A stretch of DNA of 64,000 nt from an uncultured Capnocytophaga sp. (lineage in GTDB: Bacteria; Bacteroidota; Bacteroidia; Flavobacteriales; Flavobacteriaceae), in NCBI RefSeq assembly GCF_937936315.1, contig NZ_CALGWU010000023.1:53857-117856 (forward strand), in the 5' to 3' direction. Under the pieces are notes generated by a model, which saw only the letters and a program-made list of their open reading frames with translations, did not search any database and was not told where the DNA came from. The first letter of the stretch is position 1, and each line of letters starts with the position of its first letter. Both the position numbers and the translations under genes were made by a program. Of this stretch, positions 40,963 through 50,825 are shown in pieces.

Positions 40963-41134
40963 TCTATTTCTTTTGAGAAAACAATAATCTAATAATCAAA
41001 ATAATACAATTGGTATAATATTTGTTTCTAAATAAAAAGTTAAAAATATTTGGTATTTTTAAAATAAAGCACTACATTTGCGAATTATAAATAAATACAT
41101 AAAACAAAAAACTGTTTTAAAATTGCAAAACAAT

Positions 41135-42391
41135 ATGAGAAAACCATTATTAATGGCTGCTGCACTACTTATTTCGGCAGTCGCATTCGGACAAAAAAAA
41201 GAACTCAAAGAGATTGAAAAACAAATCCGTAAAGGAGATTTGACAACAGCTCAAAGTGGTTTAAATGCCATTAAAGGAAGTGTAGAAGGTACTGAGTTCG
41301 CTCCTCAATTCTATTTCTTAGAAGCTCAAGCTAATATTGAACTAACCAAGAAAAACAAAAGTTTAGCTTCTTTGCAAGATGCAACTGCTGCTTTTGCTAA
41401 AGTAAAACAACTAGAGGGAGGTAAAGGAAAGTATACTAATCAATTACAATCTTTATCTGAAGAAGCTATGAACTTTGCAGTTGGTCAAGCTCAAGAAAAG
41501 TACAAAGCTAAGGATTACAAAAATGCTTCAGTAGCTTTTGAACAAGTATATCGCCTTAGCGCTCGCGATACTGTGTTCTTGTACAATGCTGCTGTAGTAG
41601 CAGTAGAAGGTAAAGACTATGATAAAGCCGTAAAATTGTACTCAGAACTTAAAGACCTTGGTTATGATGGAGCTGAAACACTTTATATCGCAACCAATAA
41701 ACAAACTAAACAAGATGAGACTTTCTCTGATAAAAACCAAGCTGAACTAATGGTAAAAGCAGGGACTCACGAAAAAGCAAGAGTTGAAAAAACACCTTCT
41801 AAACGCGCCGATATCATAAAAAACATAGCCTTTATCTATGTAGAACAAAAGAAAGTTGATGAGGCTATCAAAGCATTTGAAGATGCTAAAAAAGCATATC
41901 CTAAAGATGCAAACATCATCCTTGCTGAAGCTTATGTATACTTGCAGTTAGATAATAAAGAAAAATTCAAACAACTAATGCAAGAAGCTGCTCAATTAGA
42001 TCCAAATAATGCTGACCTTCACTACAATATTGGGGTAATCAATATGCAACAAGGTAATATTTTGGAAGCTCGCAAAGGTTTTGAACAAGCTCTTAAAATT
42101 AAACCTAACTATGCAGATGCTGCCTTAAATATCTCTACAAGCTATATCAATGAAGGGAATAGTTTGATTGAACAAATGAATGGTTTAGGAAACTCTAAAG
42201 CAGATATCGCTAAGTTTGAAGCATTAAGAGACCAAAAAGATGGTTTATTCAAAAAAGGTGCTGAAGTATTAGAAAACTATACTAAAACAAATGGTAATGT
42301 TGAAAACATCTTAGAACAATTGAAGAACATCTATGGAGCTTTAGGAGATAGTGCTAATTTCCAACGTGTAAAAAAACTTTTAGGACAATAA
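41135..42391 (+). CDS. Tetratricopeptide repeat protein with signal peptide
   Basis: Signal peptide MRKPLLMAAALLISAVAFGQ and multiple TPR-like 34-residue repeats. Confidence 0.6.
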   Translation: MRKPLLMAAALLISAVAFGQKKELKEIEKQIRKGDLTTAQSGLNAIKGSVEGTEFAPQFYFLEAQANIELTKKNKSLASLQDATAAFAKVKQLEGGKGKYTNQLQSLSEEAMNFAVGQAQEKYKAKDYKNASVAFEQVYRLSARDTVFLYNAAVVAVEGKDYDKAVKLYSELKDLGYDGAETLYIATNKQTKQDETFSDKNQAELMVKAGTHEKARVEKTPSKRADIIKNIAFIYVEQKKVDEAIKAFEDAKKAYPKDANIILAEAYVYLQLDNKEKFKQLMQEAAQLDPNNADLHYNIGVINMQQGNILEARKGFEQALKIKPNYADAALNISTSYINEGNSLIEQMNGLGNSKADIAKFEALRDQKDGLFKKGAEVLENYTKTNGNVENILEQLKNIYGALGDSANFQRVKKLLGQ

Positions 42392-42485
42392 TTGAATCCT
42401 ATGAAAATGAAAAATAGGAATTAGAGAGAAAAGTCTAATTCCTATTTTTTTATTCCTATTCAATAAAATATTCTATTTTGTCGAA

Positions 42486-43238
42486 ATGCGTTATTTTATA
42501 GAACTCTCTTTCTTTGGTAAAAATTATCACGGTTGGCAATCTCAACCGAAGGCTATTTCTGTGCAAGAAGTTTTAGAGCAAGGACTTTCAACAATACTTC
42601 GAACTCCTATAAGTATAGTAGGAGCAGGACGTACTGATAGTGGTGTACACGCTTCACAAATGTTTGCTCATTTTGATGTAACTGAACCTTTACCTACCAA
42701 CTTTGTGCATAGACTAAACGCTTTCTTGCCAAAAGATATTGCTGTTCACAATATATATGAGATGAAACCAGATGCTCATACCCGATTTGATGCTCTCAAA
42801 CGTACCTATCAGTATCATATTAGTACTCAAAAAGATGTGTTTGCGTATGATTATGCAATGTTTTTCACTCATACATTAAATATAGCAATAATGAATGAAG
42901 CTGCTCAAATTCTTCTTGATTATAGCGATTTTCAATGTTTTTCTAAAACTCATACCGATGTAAAGACTTTTATATGCAAAATTTATAAAGCACATTGGGA
43001 GAAAATAGACAAACAATTAGTCTTTACCATCACAGCCGATCGTTTCTTGCGTAATATGGTGCGTGCTATCGTAGGAACTCTTATAGATGTTGGATTACAA
43101 AAGCTATCACTCACAGACTTTGAAGATATTATTCTCAGCAAGAATAGAAGTAAAGCAGGAGCTTCAGTACCAGCTTGTGGTTTGTTTCTCACTCATATAG
43201 AATATCCAGAAGATATCTTTATTCAAAAAATCAATTAA
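42486..43238 (+). CDS. truA: tRNA pseudouridine(38-40) synthase
   Basis: GWQSQP...GAGRTDSGVHA catalytic Asp motif. Confidence 0.9.
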   Translation: MRYFIELSFFGKNYHGWQSQPKAISVQEVLEQGLSTILRTPISIVGAGRTDSGVHASQMFAHFDVTEPLPTNFVHRLNAFLPKDIAVHNIYEMKPDAHTRFDALKRTYQYHISTQKDVFAYDYAMFFTHTLNIAIMNEAAQILLDYSDFQCFSKTHTDVKTFICKIYKAHWEKIDKQLVFTITADRFLRNMVRAIVGTLIDVGLQKLSLTDFEDIILSKNRSKAGASVPACGLFLTHIEYPEDIFIQKIN

Positions 43239-43299
43239 ATTATTAGTATTATTCAGTGAAATTCATTACTTTTGCAAACTTTTTTAAATAAAACTAGAA

Positions 43300-43824
43300 A
43301 TGAAATATCTACAAAACAAATACTTAAAAATAGTTGTAGCTGTCCTTATTGTAGCTTGGGCAGTATACCAATTCACTCGAGGAAATATAGGAAATGGCAT
43401 TGCTCTCATTTTTCTATCACTTATTCCTATTTTATTGTATTTTCGCAATGAGTTTATATTACTTACCTTTTTGCGTTTGCGAAAACAAGATTTCGCAGGA
43501 ATGGAAAAATGGCTTGGCAAAATCGTAGACCCCGAAACAGCCTTATTACGTAAACAACAAGGTTATTACAATTATATGTACGGAATTATCTATTCACAAA
43601 AAAATCTTACACAAGCTGAAAAATATTTTCGTAAAGCTTTGCAATTGGGACTTACTATGAGTTACGATGTAGCAATGGCAAAATTGAGTTTAGCAGGTAT
43701 AATGATGCAGAAACGGAAAAAACGTGAAGCTCAAGACCTTCTTACAGAAGCTAAAAAATTAGATAAGCAAAATCTTATGACCGAACAGATAAAAATGATG
43801 CAACAACAACTTAAGAAAATCTAA
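43300..43824 (+). CDS. Hypothetical membrane-anchored TPR-like protein
   Basis: N-terminal TM helices plus a short helical repeat region. Confidence 0.4.
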   Translation: MKYLQNKYLKIVVAVLIVAWAVYQFTRGNIGNGIALIFLSLIPILLYFRNEFILLTFLRLRKQDFAGMEKWLGKIVDPETALLRKQQGYYNYMYGIIYSQKNLTQAEKYFRKALQLGLTMSYDVAMAKLSLAGIMMQKRKKREAQDLLTEAKKLDKQNLMTEQIKMMQQQLKKI

Positions 43825-43995
43825 AATAAACTAACATTTCTTCGATATTTTAGTTTACATTAGAAATTATTATAAAGTTTATTTAGGACTTATTGTTTTT
43901 TCAAATGCTATTACTAGTGTCCACTAAAAAAATGACACTAATCAAAATTAAATAATAGAGGTTCACTTGAACTATTTCGTTCTTTGTCATTACTA

Positions 43996-45352
43996 GTGGT
44001 GCGTTGATTTTTTTAAAACTCTTGTAAGTGATTGATATTTAGTTGTTTATAAAGGTTTTTTCTTTCGGCGATTTGAATTTATATTTTATACTGAAATTGA
44101 TATAATTTATTGATATATAGCTATTTATATTATAGTGATTTTTGAAATGAGTTAAATTTGCATTTTATATAAAATGTAATGAACTCAGGTAAATACGTTT
44201 TTTCTCAGATTACAGACTTTATTAATCGAGATGAATTTAACAAATGTGTAAAACACTATAATGCTAATAAATGGGTTCGAGATATGAATTGTTGGCATCT
44301 TTTCTTATAATTATTGTTTGGTCAATCATCTGGTTCAGAGTCTCTTAGAAACATTTGTATAGCGTTAGAGTCTCATTCGGATAAACTATATCATATGGGA
44401 ATAGGCAAAGCTGTTGAACACACTTAACTATCTCGAGCCAATGAGAAAAGAGATTGGCATATTTTTGCTGATTTTGGTCAGTACCTTATAGAAAAAGTCT
44501 TTCTATTCAAAAATACGTTTAGAGAAAATTGACCTTTCAAACCAAGTGTTTGCGCTTGATTCAACAACTATCTCAGTAAGTATTAACCTATTATCATAGG
44601 CTTTAGGAAAATATTCACGAGGTGCTGTAAAAATCCATACCGCTATTGATATGCGCGGAAATATACCAAGTTTTATACTTGTAACAGACGGCAAATATCA
44701 TGATAGTAACGTCTTAGATGAAATAGAACCTATTGAAAATGCTATTTATGTAATAGATAAGGCTTATGTTGATTTCAAAGCTCTTTATAGATTTAATGAA
44801 TTGGAGTCCTTTTTTGTTACAAGAGCAAAGGAAAACCTTAAATATACTATCATTGAAAACAATTTTAACATAGATAAATAGTACAGGTCTTGTATATGAT
44901 AGAGTAATTTCTTTGACTACAGCCAATTCGTATAAATCATATCCTAAAAATCTACGTTTAGTAGGTTATTATGATGCTGAAAAAGATGAAACATTTGAAT
45001 TTTTAACCAATAACTTTGAAGCATCTGCTTTAGAGATAGCGAATTTATATAAAAGGTGCTGGCAAATAGAGATCTTTTTCAAATGGATAAAGCAGAATTT
45101 ATCTATAAAGAAACTTTGGGGGCATTCAAAAAATGCTGTTAAGATTCATATATGGGTAGCAATAATAACCTATCTAATAGTAGCATATATCAAAAATATA
45201 TCAAAAAGTGAATTAACTATATATCAAATAATTGAAATATTCAGAATTTCTCTATTTGATAAAAAACTTATTAAAAATTTGATTGTCAAAGATAAAGATA
45301 AAATTGAAATAGAACAACCTAATTTATTTAACCTTTAAAATCAACGCACCAG
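43996..45352 (+). mobile_element. Degenerate IS4-family (DDE_Tnp_1) insertion sequence, about 1.36 kb, with imperfect terminal inverted repeats
   Basis: Left TGGTGCGTTGATTTT at 43998-44012 matches the reverse complement of AAAATCAACGCACCA at 45336-45350. The internal transposase reading frame is broken into at least four pieces. Confidence 0.6.
44181..45338 (+). pseudogene. IS4-family transposase, disrupted by stops and frameshifts
   Basis: Fragments MNSGKYVFSQITDF...CWHLFL*, LLFGQSSGSESLRNICIALESHSDKLYHMGIGKAVEHT*LSRANEKRDWHIFADFGQYLIEKV, IDLSNQVFALDSTTIS...ILVTDGKYHD and YKRCWQIEIFFKWIKQNL (DDE and YREK signature) lie in three different frames. Confidence 0.7.
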
Positions 45353-45418
45353 CAATATTATGGAAAGAATAATAAAGACCTAATGACTGCACCCATTTAC
45401 AAAAATCTTTCATATTGT

Positions 45419-45721
45419 TTATACTTTATAGGTAAAAGCTATATAGGAGAAGTAAATTCCTACGATTATAAAGAAAACACCTGTAATAAAACCAATAATA
45501 CGCGCCATATCACGGCCTAAATAACGGCTTATTTGCCCCATAGTCCAATTATTTTGGTAATGTTTATCGGGTTCGTATAGCCAATCCCAGTTTTTTAGAG
45601 CGCCTATGATGAGGCAAATACCAAAAGCAGCGAGCAAAAGAGCTACAATACCACCAAATGTAATAGGGTTTTTACCTACCCAATTTTTAAATGTTTCCAT
45701 AGTGTTTAATATTATAGACAA
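45419..45721 (-). CDS. Small two-TM hypothetical protein (100 aa)
   Basis: ORF with two hydrophobic helices. It directly flanks the IS element. Confidence 0.35.
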   Translation of the reverse strand: MSIILNTMETFKNWVGKNPITFGGIVALLLAAFGICLIIGALKNWDWLYEPDKHYQNNWTMGQISRYLGRDMARIIGFITGVFFIIVGIYFSYIAFTYKV

Positions 45722-45848
45722 ACAAAAATAATAAACTTATTTTTAGAGGGCGATTGGCAAATCGCTCCTATAATATGCCAAAAAAGCGAATGATTATCAG
45801 TGAGTAAACTTTGCCAAAGTCTGAAACTTTGGCAAAGTGTAACGATAC

Positions 45849-48800
45849 TTATGCTTCTATCATTTGCATAGCTTTTAGAGCTTGGTATACACTGTTGATG
45901 TTTTCAAAAATGAGCAATAGACGCAAGCCGTTGCGGGTTTCTTTCTCTTGCATACGACACTTATCGGGGTAGCGTTGTACAAAGAGCAGTAGCTTTTGGA
46001 AGCGCGCACTTTGATAGAACGGACTATTTTGGTCGGCAATGAAATAGCCCGTCATCTTTCCGTTTTTCATTACAAGTTTCTCAATTCCCATACGGGTAGC
46101 CAACCATTTTACACGTACACTATTGAGCAAGTCAATAGCTTGAGGGGGTAACTTGCCAAAACGGTCGATAAGGTTGCGTTCATAGACTTGTAAGGCTTCC
46201 TCATTGGGCAGATTACTCAGTTCGTTATAAAGATTGAGTCGTTCGGCTACTCTATTGACATAAGTGTCAGGGAAGAGCAGTTCAAAGTCACTATCTATTT
46301 GAGTATCGCTGAGGTAAGTTTTGTCTTCTTCGGTGGTGTGGTATAGTTCAGAGAACTCATTTTCTTTGAGTTCTGTTATGGCTTCTTGTAATATCTTTTG
46401 GTAGGTATCAAAGCCTATTTCATTGATAAAACCACTTTGCTCTCCACCCAAGAGGTCGCCAGCCCCTCTAATCTCTAAATCTTTCATAGCGATATTGAGT
46501 CCGCTTCCTAAATCGGAGAACTGAGCTATCGCTTCAATACGCTTGCGGGCATCGTCGCTCATCGCTATCAGAGGAGGCGTAATGAAGTAGCAAAAAGCCT
46601 TTTTATTACTTCTACCTACGCGCCCGCGCATTTGGTGTAAATCGGATAAGCCGAAATTATGTGCATTGTTGATAAAGATAGTGTTGGCATTAGGAACATC
46701 TAAACCACTTTCAATAATAGTGGTAGCAACCAATACATCATACCTTCCTTCCATAAAGGCGAGCATTGTCTCTTCTAATTTCTTTCCGTCCATTTGTCCG
46801 TGACCAATGGCGATACGAGCATCAGGGAGCAATCGCTGAATCATTCCAGCCACCTCTTGAATATTTTCAACCCTATTGTGCATAAAGAATACTTGTCCGC
46901 CACGCTGAATTTCATAACGAATACCATCGCGTATTACCTCTTCATTGAAAGGTACTACTTGCGAATCAATAGGGTAGCGGTTAGGAGGAGGGGTATTGAT
47001 AACCGAAAGATCGCGGGCAGCCATCAAACTGAATTGTAGTGTGCGTGGGATAGGCGTAGCGGTGAGCGTAAGTACATCGAGGTTTTCTTTGAGGGTTTTG
47101 AGCTTATCCTTCACACCTACGCCAAACTTTTGCTCTTCATCAACAATCAGTAATCCTAAATCTTTATAAGTAACCTTTTCGCCTACTATTTGATGTGTAC
47201 CAATAATAATATCTAACTGACCTTTAGCTAGTTCTTCTAAGATGATTTTCTTTTCCTTGGCTGTGCGGAATCGGTTGAGATAATCGATGCGCACAGGAAA
47301 GTCTTTCATACGCTGGCTAAATGTTTGAAAGTGTTGGAAAGCCAGTACTGTAGTAGGTACAAGTACGGCTACTTGCTTGCCATTATCGACAGCTTTGAAG
47401 GCAGCACGAATGGCTACTTCAGTTTTCCCGAAGCCTACATCACCACACACCAACCTATCCATAGGTTTAGAGCTTTCCATATCAGCTTTTACTTCGGCAG
47501 TAGCCTTACTTTGGTCGGGAGTATCCTCATACAAGAATGAGGCTTCCAACTCGTTTTGCATATAACTGTCGTGAGCAAAAGCAAATCCTTGGGCTTCTTT
47601 TCGTTTGGCATATAACTGAATGAGGTTGAACGCAATTTCTTTTACACGAGCCTTGGTTTTCTGTTTGAGGGCTTTCCATGCTCCTGAACCTAATTTATAA
47701 ATCTTAGGAGGTTTGCCATCTTTTCCGTTATATTTACTAATCTTATGTAGCGCGTGAATGCTAACGAATAACACATCGCGGTCTCCATAAATCAGTTTGA
47801 TAGCTTCTTGTTGTTTGCCTTCTACTTCAATCTTTTGTAAACCAGCGAACTTACCAATACCGTGGTCTATATGTGTAACATAATCACCTACCTCTAATTG
47901 CATCAGTTCTTTAAGTGTAATGGCTTGTTTTTTTGCATAACCATTCTTTAGCTGAAATTTATAATAGCGTTCAAAGATTTGATGATCAGTGAATACATTG
48001 TATTTTAATTCAGTATCTACAAAGCCAGCGTGTAGCGATAATTGTACCGTTTGGTAAGGTACTTTTTGTTCCATTTCCTCAAAAATATCTTGAAATCGCT
48101 TGGCTTGTTGTTCACTTCCGCAGAGGATATAGTTTTGAAATCCTTCTTCGTGTTTGTTGTTGAAGTAACTAATAAGGAGTTCAAACTGTTTGTTAAAAGA
48201 AGGTTGCGGGGTGGTATGAAAAGAGAACTCCTTTTTGTTTTTAGAAGCGGGAGTTGTAGCATTGATGTTTACTTGTTGGAATCTCTGGATTTGTTTTAAT
48301 AAGTCTGTTGCTTGACAATAGAGTTCCTCTGGAGGGGTACGTTTTACTTCATTGGGGAGCTTTTGATAAATATCGGTAGCTTTAGCAAAGAGTTTTTCAA
48401 TTTTAGCATCAAAAAATCCCATATCCTTACCAATGAATAGCGTTTGCTCACTGATATACTCCAAGAATGACTGTCGTATCTCATCACTTTCTTTGTTTTC
48501 TACATTAGGGATAATTGTAATTTTTGATAGTTGAGCAGTAGATAACTGACTTTCTACATCAAATGTACGGATGCTATCAACTTCGTTTCCAAAGAATTCA
48601 ATGCGATAAGGTTCATTATTTGAAAAAGAAAATACATCTACAATCCCACCACGTACCGAGAACTCACCAGGTTCGGTAACAAAATCAGTGCGGTTGAAAT
48701 GGTAGCTGAAAAGCACTTCATTGAGAAAATCAATAGTGAGTGAGTCTCCTTTTTGGATTTTTAGCGTATTTTTTTCTAATTGCTTTCGCGTGATGACCTT

Positions 48801-49181
48801 CTCAAAAAGTGCTTCGGGGTAGGAGACTATGAGTAATGGTTTTGTACTATGACTCAATTGGTTGAGGACTTCAGCACGCAATAACACATTGGCATTATCG
48901 GTATCTTCAATTTGATAAGGTCGACGATAGCTATCAGGAAAGAAAAGTACCTGTTGTTCTCCTACTAAGGTTTCTAAATCATTGAGCATGTAGGCACTTT
49001 CTTCTTTATCGGGTAGCAGTACTAATAGAGGTCTATGGACTGTATTGAACAAGTTAGCTATTACTATTGACAAAGAAGCCCCTGCCAATCCCGTAACCTC
49101 TGCATTTTCTTTTGTTTGTAGGTGTTTTAATAGAGATTGATAAGTGCTGTTTTCAGTAAATTGTTGTAGGAATGATTTCAC
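45849..49181 (-). CDS. mfd: Transcription-repair coupling factor
   Basis: 1110 aa. Superfamily-2 helicase motifs (GDVGFGKTEVA, DEEQKFGV), UvrB-homology and CarD/TRCF domains. Confidence 0.95.
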   Translation of the reverse strand: MKSFLQQFTENSTYQSLLKHLQTKENAEVTGLAGASLSIVIANLFNTVHRPLLVLLPDKEESAYMLNDLETLVGEQQVLFFPDSYRRPYQIEDTDNANVLLRAEVLNQLSHSTKPLLIVSYPEALFEKVITRKQLEKNTLKIQKGDSLTIDFLNEVLFSYHFNRTDFVTEPGEFSVRGGIVDVFSFSNNEPYRIEFFGNEVDSIRTFDVESQLSTAQLSKITIIPNVENKESDEIRQSFLEYISEQTLFIGKDMGFFDAKIEKLFAKATDIYQKLPNEVKRTPPEELYCQATDLLKQIQRFQQVNINATTPASKNKKEFSFHTTPQPSFNKQFELLISYFNNKHEEGFQNYILCGSEQQAKRFQDIFEEMEQKVPYQTVQLSLHAGFVDTELKYNVFTDHQIFERYYKFQLKNGYAKKQAITLKELMQLEVGDYVTHIDHGIGKFAGLQKIEVEGKQQEAIKLIYGDRDVLFVSIHALHKISKYNGKDGKPPKIYKLGSGAWKALKQKTKARVKEIAFNLIQLYAKRKEAQGFAFAHDSYMQNELEASFLYEDTPDQSKATAEVKADMESSKPMDRLVCGDVGFGKTEVAIRAAFKAVDNGKQVAVLVPTTVLAFQHFQTFSQRMKDFPVRIDYLNRFRTAKEKKIILEELAKGQLDIIIGTHQIVGEKVTYKDLGLLIVDEEQKFGVGVKDKLKTLKENLDVLTLTATPIPRTLQFSLMAARDLSVINTPPPNRYPIDSQVVPFNEEVIRDGIRYEIQRGGQVFFMHNRVENIQEVAGMIQRLLPDARIAIGHGQMDGKKLEETMLAFMEGRYDVLVATTIIESGLDVPNANTIFINNAHNFGLSDLHQMRGRVGRSNKKAFCYFITPPLIAMSDDARKRIEAIAQFSDLGSGLNIAMKDLEIRGAGDLLGGEQSGFINEIGFDTYQKILQEAITELKENEFSELYHTTEEDKTYLSDTQIDSDFELLFPDTYVNRVAERLNLYNELSNLPNEEALQVYERNLIDRFGKLPPQAIDLLNSVRVKWLATRMGIEKLVMKNGKMTGYFIADQNSPFYQSARFQKLLLFVQRYPDKCRMQEKETRNGLRLLLIFENINSVYQALKAMQMIEA

Positions 49182-49197
49182 AGTAAATTATAAAATA

Positions 49198-50100
49198 TTA
49201 AAGTAGTGCTTCAACGTTGATAAGTGGATTGTTTAACTTGTCTTTCAAAATGACTTCAATGCCTTTTTTTAAGGTTTGAGTAGATGACGGACAGCCACTG
49301 CAAGCCCCTTGTAAGAGTACTTCTATGTGATGGGTGTCGCGGTTGTAAGAAATAAATTGTATGTTACCTCCATCGGATGCTACAGCGGGTTTTACATATT
49401 GTTCTATGATAGCTACGATTTGTTGCGATATTTCGTCGGTAGTAACCATAGAGAGCAAGCGCGCTTGGGCTTCTTCTTGTCGCCTTTTTATCTCGGCAGG
49501 GTTAATGATAGGGCGACCTTCACTTAGGTATTTACGGATATAATCGCGCAAGTCGGCAGCTATCATTTCCCATTCTTCCATACCTTTTTTGGTGAGCGAT
49601 ATATAATTATCATCAAAAAAAACTTCTTCAATAAATGGAAAACGCGTTAAGAGAGTTGCAGCCATAGGTGCCTCTGAGGCTTCTTCTATTGATTTATACT
49701 CTATTACAGTAGGTACCAAACGCTTGTTGGCTACGAACTTCATCACGGTGGGGTTGGGGGTTGTTTCAGTATATACAGTAATAGCTTCCCCCATAGGTTT
49801 TCCAGCTTCGCCTAATAATATATCTTTACCGGATTGCAAATACACTAATACTTGCTGAGCAACCTCTTCCTGAACTTCTTTCCATTCAACAATGGGAAAG
49901 CGTTTCAAAGCAATGAAATTACTCGAAATATAAACAGTTTTTACAAAGGGCAAATAAAAGAGCTCCTTAGCTAAAGGAGCGTTTTTAGCTTCATCTATGT
50001 TTTTAAACTCATAACTCCCTTTTACCAAAGGTCTGTTAGCTTCGAGTTTGATGATGTCGGGGTTAGCAGTAGGTTGTATTTTCAGGGTAAGGTCTGTCAT
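49198..50100 (-). CDS. NifU/Nfu-family Fe-S cluster assembly protein (two Nfu_N domains plus C-terminal CxxC)
   Basis: Duplicated Nfu N-terminal domain and C-terminal GACSGCPSS. Confidence 0.75.
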   Translation of the reverse strand: MTDLTLKIQPTANPDIIKLEANRPLVKGSYEFKNIDEAKNAPLAKELFYLPFVKTVYISSNFIALKRFPIVEWKEVQEEVAQQVLVYLQSGKDILLGEAGKPMGEAITVYTETTPNPTVMKFVANKRLVPTVIEYKSIEEASEAPMAATLLTRFPFIEEVFFDDNYISLTKKGMEEWEMIAADLRDYIRKYLSEGRPIINPAEIKRRQEEAQARLLSMVTTDEISQQIVAIIEQYVKPAVASDGGNIQFISYNRDTHHIEVLLQGACSGCPSSTQTLKKGIEVILKDKLNNPLINVEALL

Positions 50101-50101
50101 T

Positions 50102-50743
50102 TTATTTGTCTTTACGTCCGAAATCGGCAGGATTTTCGCCCCACGCTTGGGTTTCCCATTTTAAAATAGGGTTAGGATAAGTATTGTTGTGTAGCCATTG
50201 TTCAGCACGGGCTATCAGTTCAAATATTTTTTCGTTATGAGAGGTGCGTGGCACTTTAGTTTTGCACACCTTTTGGCGCACCCAGTTCATCGCTATTTTG
50301 CTATCAGAGTAGACCGGTAAGCTGAGGTTGCGTTGCTTCATAAAGGCTAAAGCGTGTACGATAGCCAAAAACTCCCCTATGTTGTTCGTGCCGTCTTTTA
50401 TTGGTGCAATTCTAAATATTTCGGCTTGAGTTTCGGTATCTACCCCTCGGTATTCCATAATTCCAGGGTTACCACTGCAAGCAGCATCAACAGCTATAGA
50501 AGGCAATATGGGGGAACCTATACGCTCTAATTCTAAGGGGGATAGGGTAGGAGAGGAGTCTACTTTCTTACCTTTGTATTGCTCAAAGCTCTCATTGAAG
50601 GCTTTTTCAGCCATTGCCTGACTCTCAAAACTCTTAAATTTAGCATACGGATAGCCTTCAACGGCTTTTTTGCACTTATCCCACGAGCTAAAGATACCCG
50701 TTTTGTGCCCTTCCCACACTACATAGTACTTCTTTTTTGGCAT
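50102..50743 (-). CDS. rnhA: Ribonuclease HI with N-terminal hybrid-binding (Cauli_VI-like) domain
   Basis: N-terminal KYYVVWEGHKTGIF...W HBD motif, then the RNase H catalytic core (GIMEYRGVDTE...GTNNIGEFLAIVHAL). Confidence 0.8.
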   Translation of the reverse strand: MPKKKYYVVWEGHKTGIFSSWDKCKKAVEGYPYAKFKSFESQAMAEKAFNESFEQYKGKKVDSSPTLSPLELERIGSPILPSIAVDAACSGNPGIMEYRGVDTETQAEIFRIAPIKDGTNNIGEFLAIVHALAFMKQRNLSLPVYSDSKIAMNWVRQKVCKTKVPRTSHNEKIFELIARAEQWLHNNTYPNPILKWETQAWGENPADFGRKDK

Positions 50744-50744
50744 T

Positions 50745-50825
50745 TTAAAGGAAGAATATTAATACTAAAAGAACCATTACAATGGCAATTACTCCGATGA
50801 TAATATTGTTGTCATTTTCTTTCAT
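50745..50825 (-). CDS. 26-aa hydrophobic small ORF (MKENDNNIIIGVIAIVMVLLVLIFFL) translationally coupled between ettA and rnhA
   Basis: Its ATG overlaps the ettA TGA (ATGA) and its TAA lies 1 nt before the rnhA ATG. Single predicted TM helix. Confidence 0.3.
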   Translation of the reverse strand: MKENDNNIIIGVIAIVMVLLVLIFFL

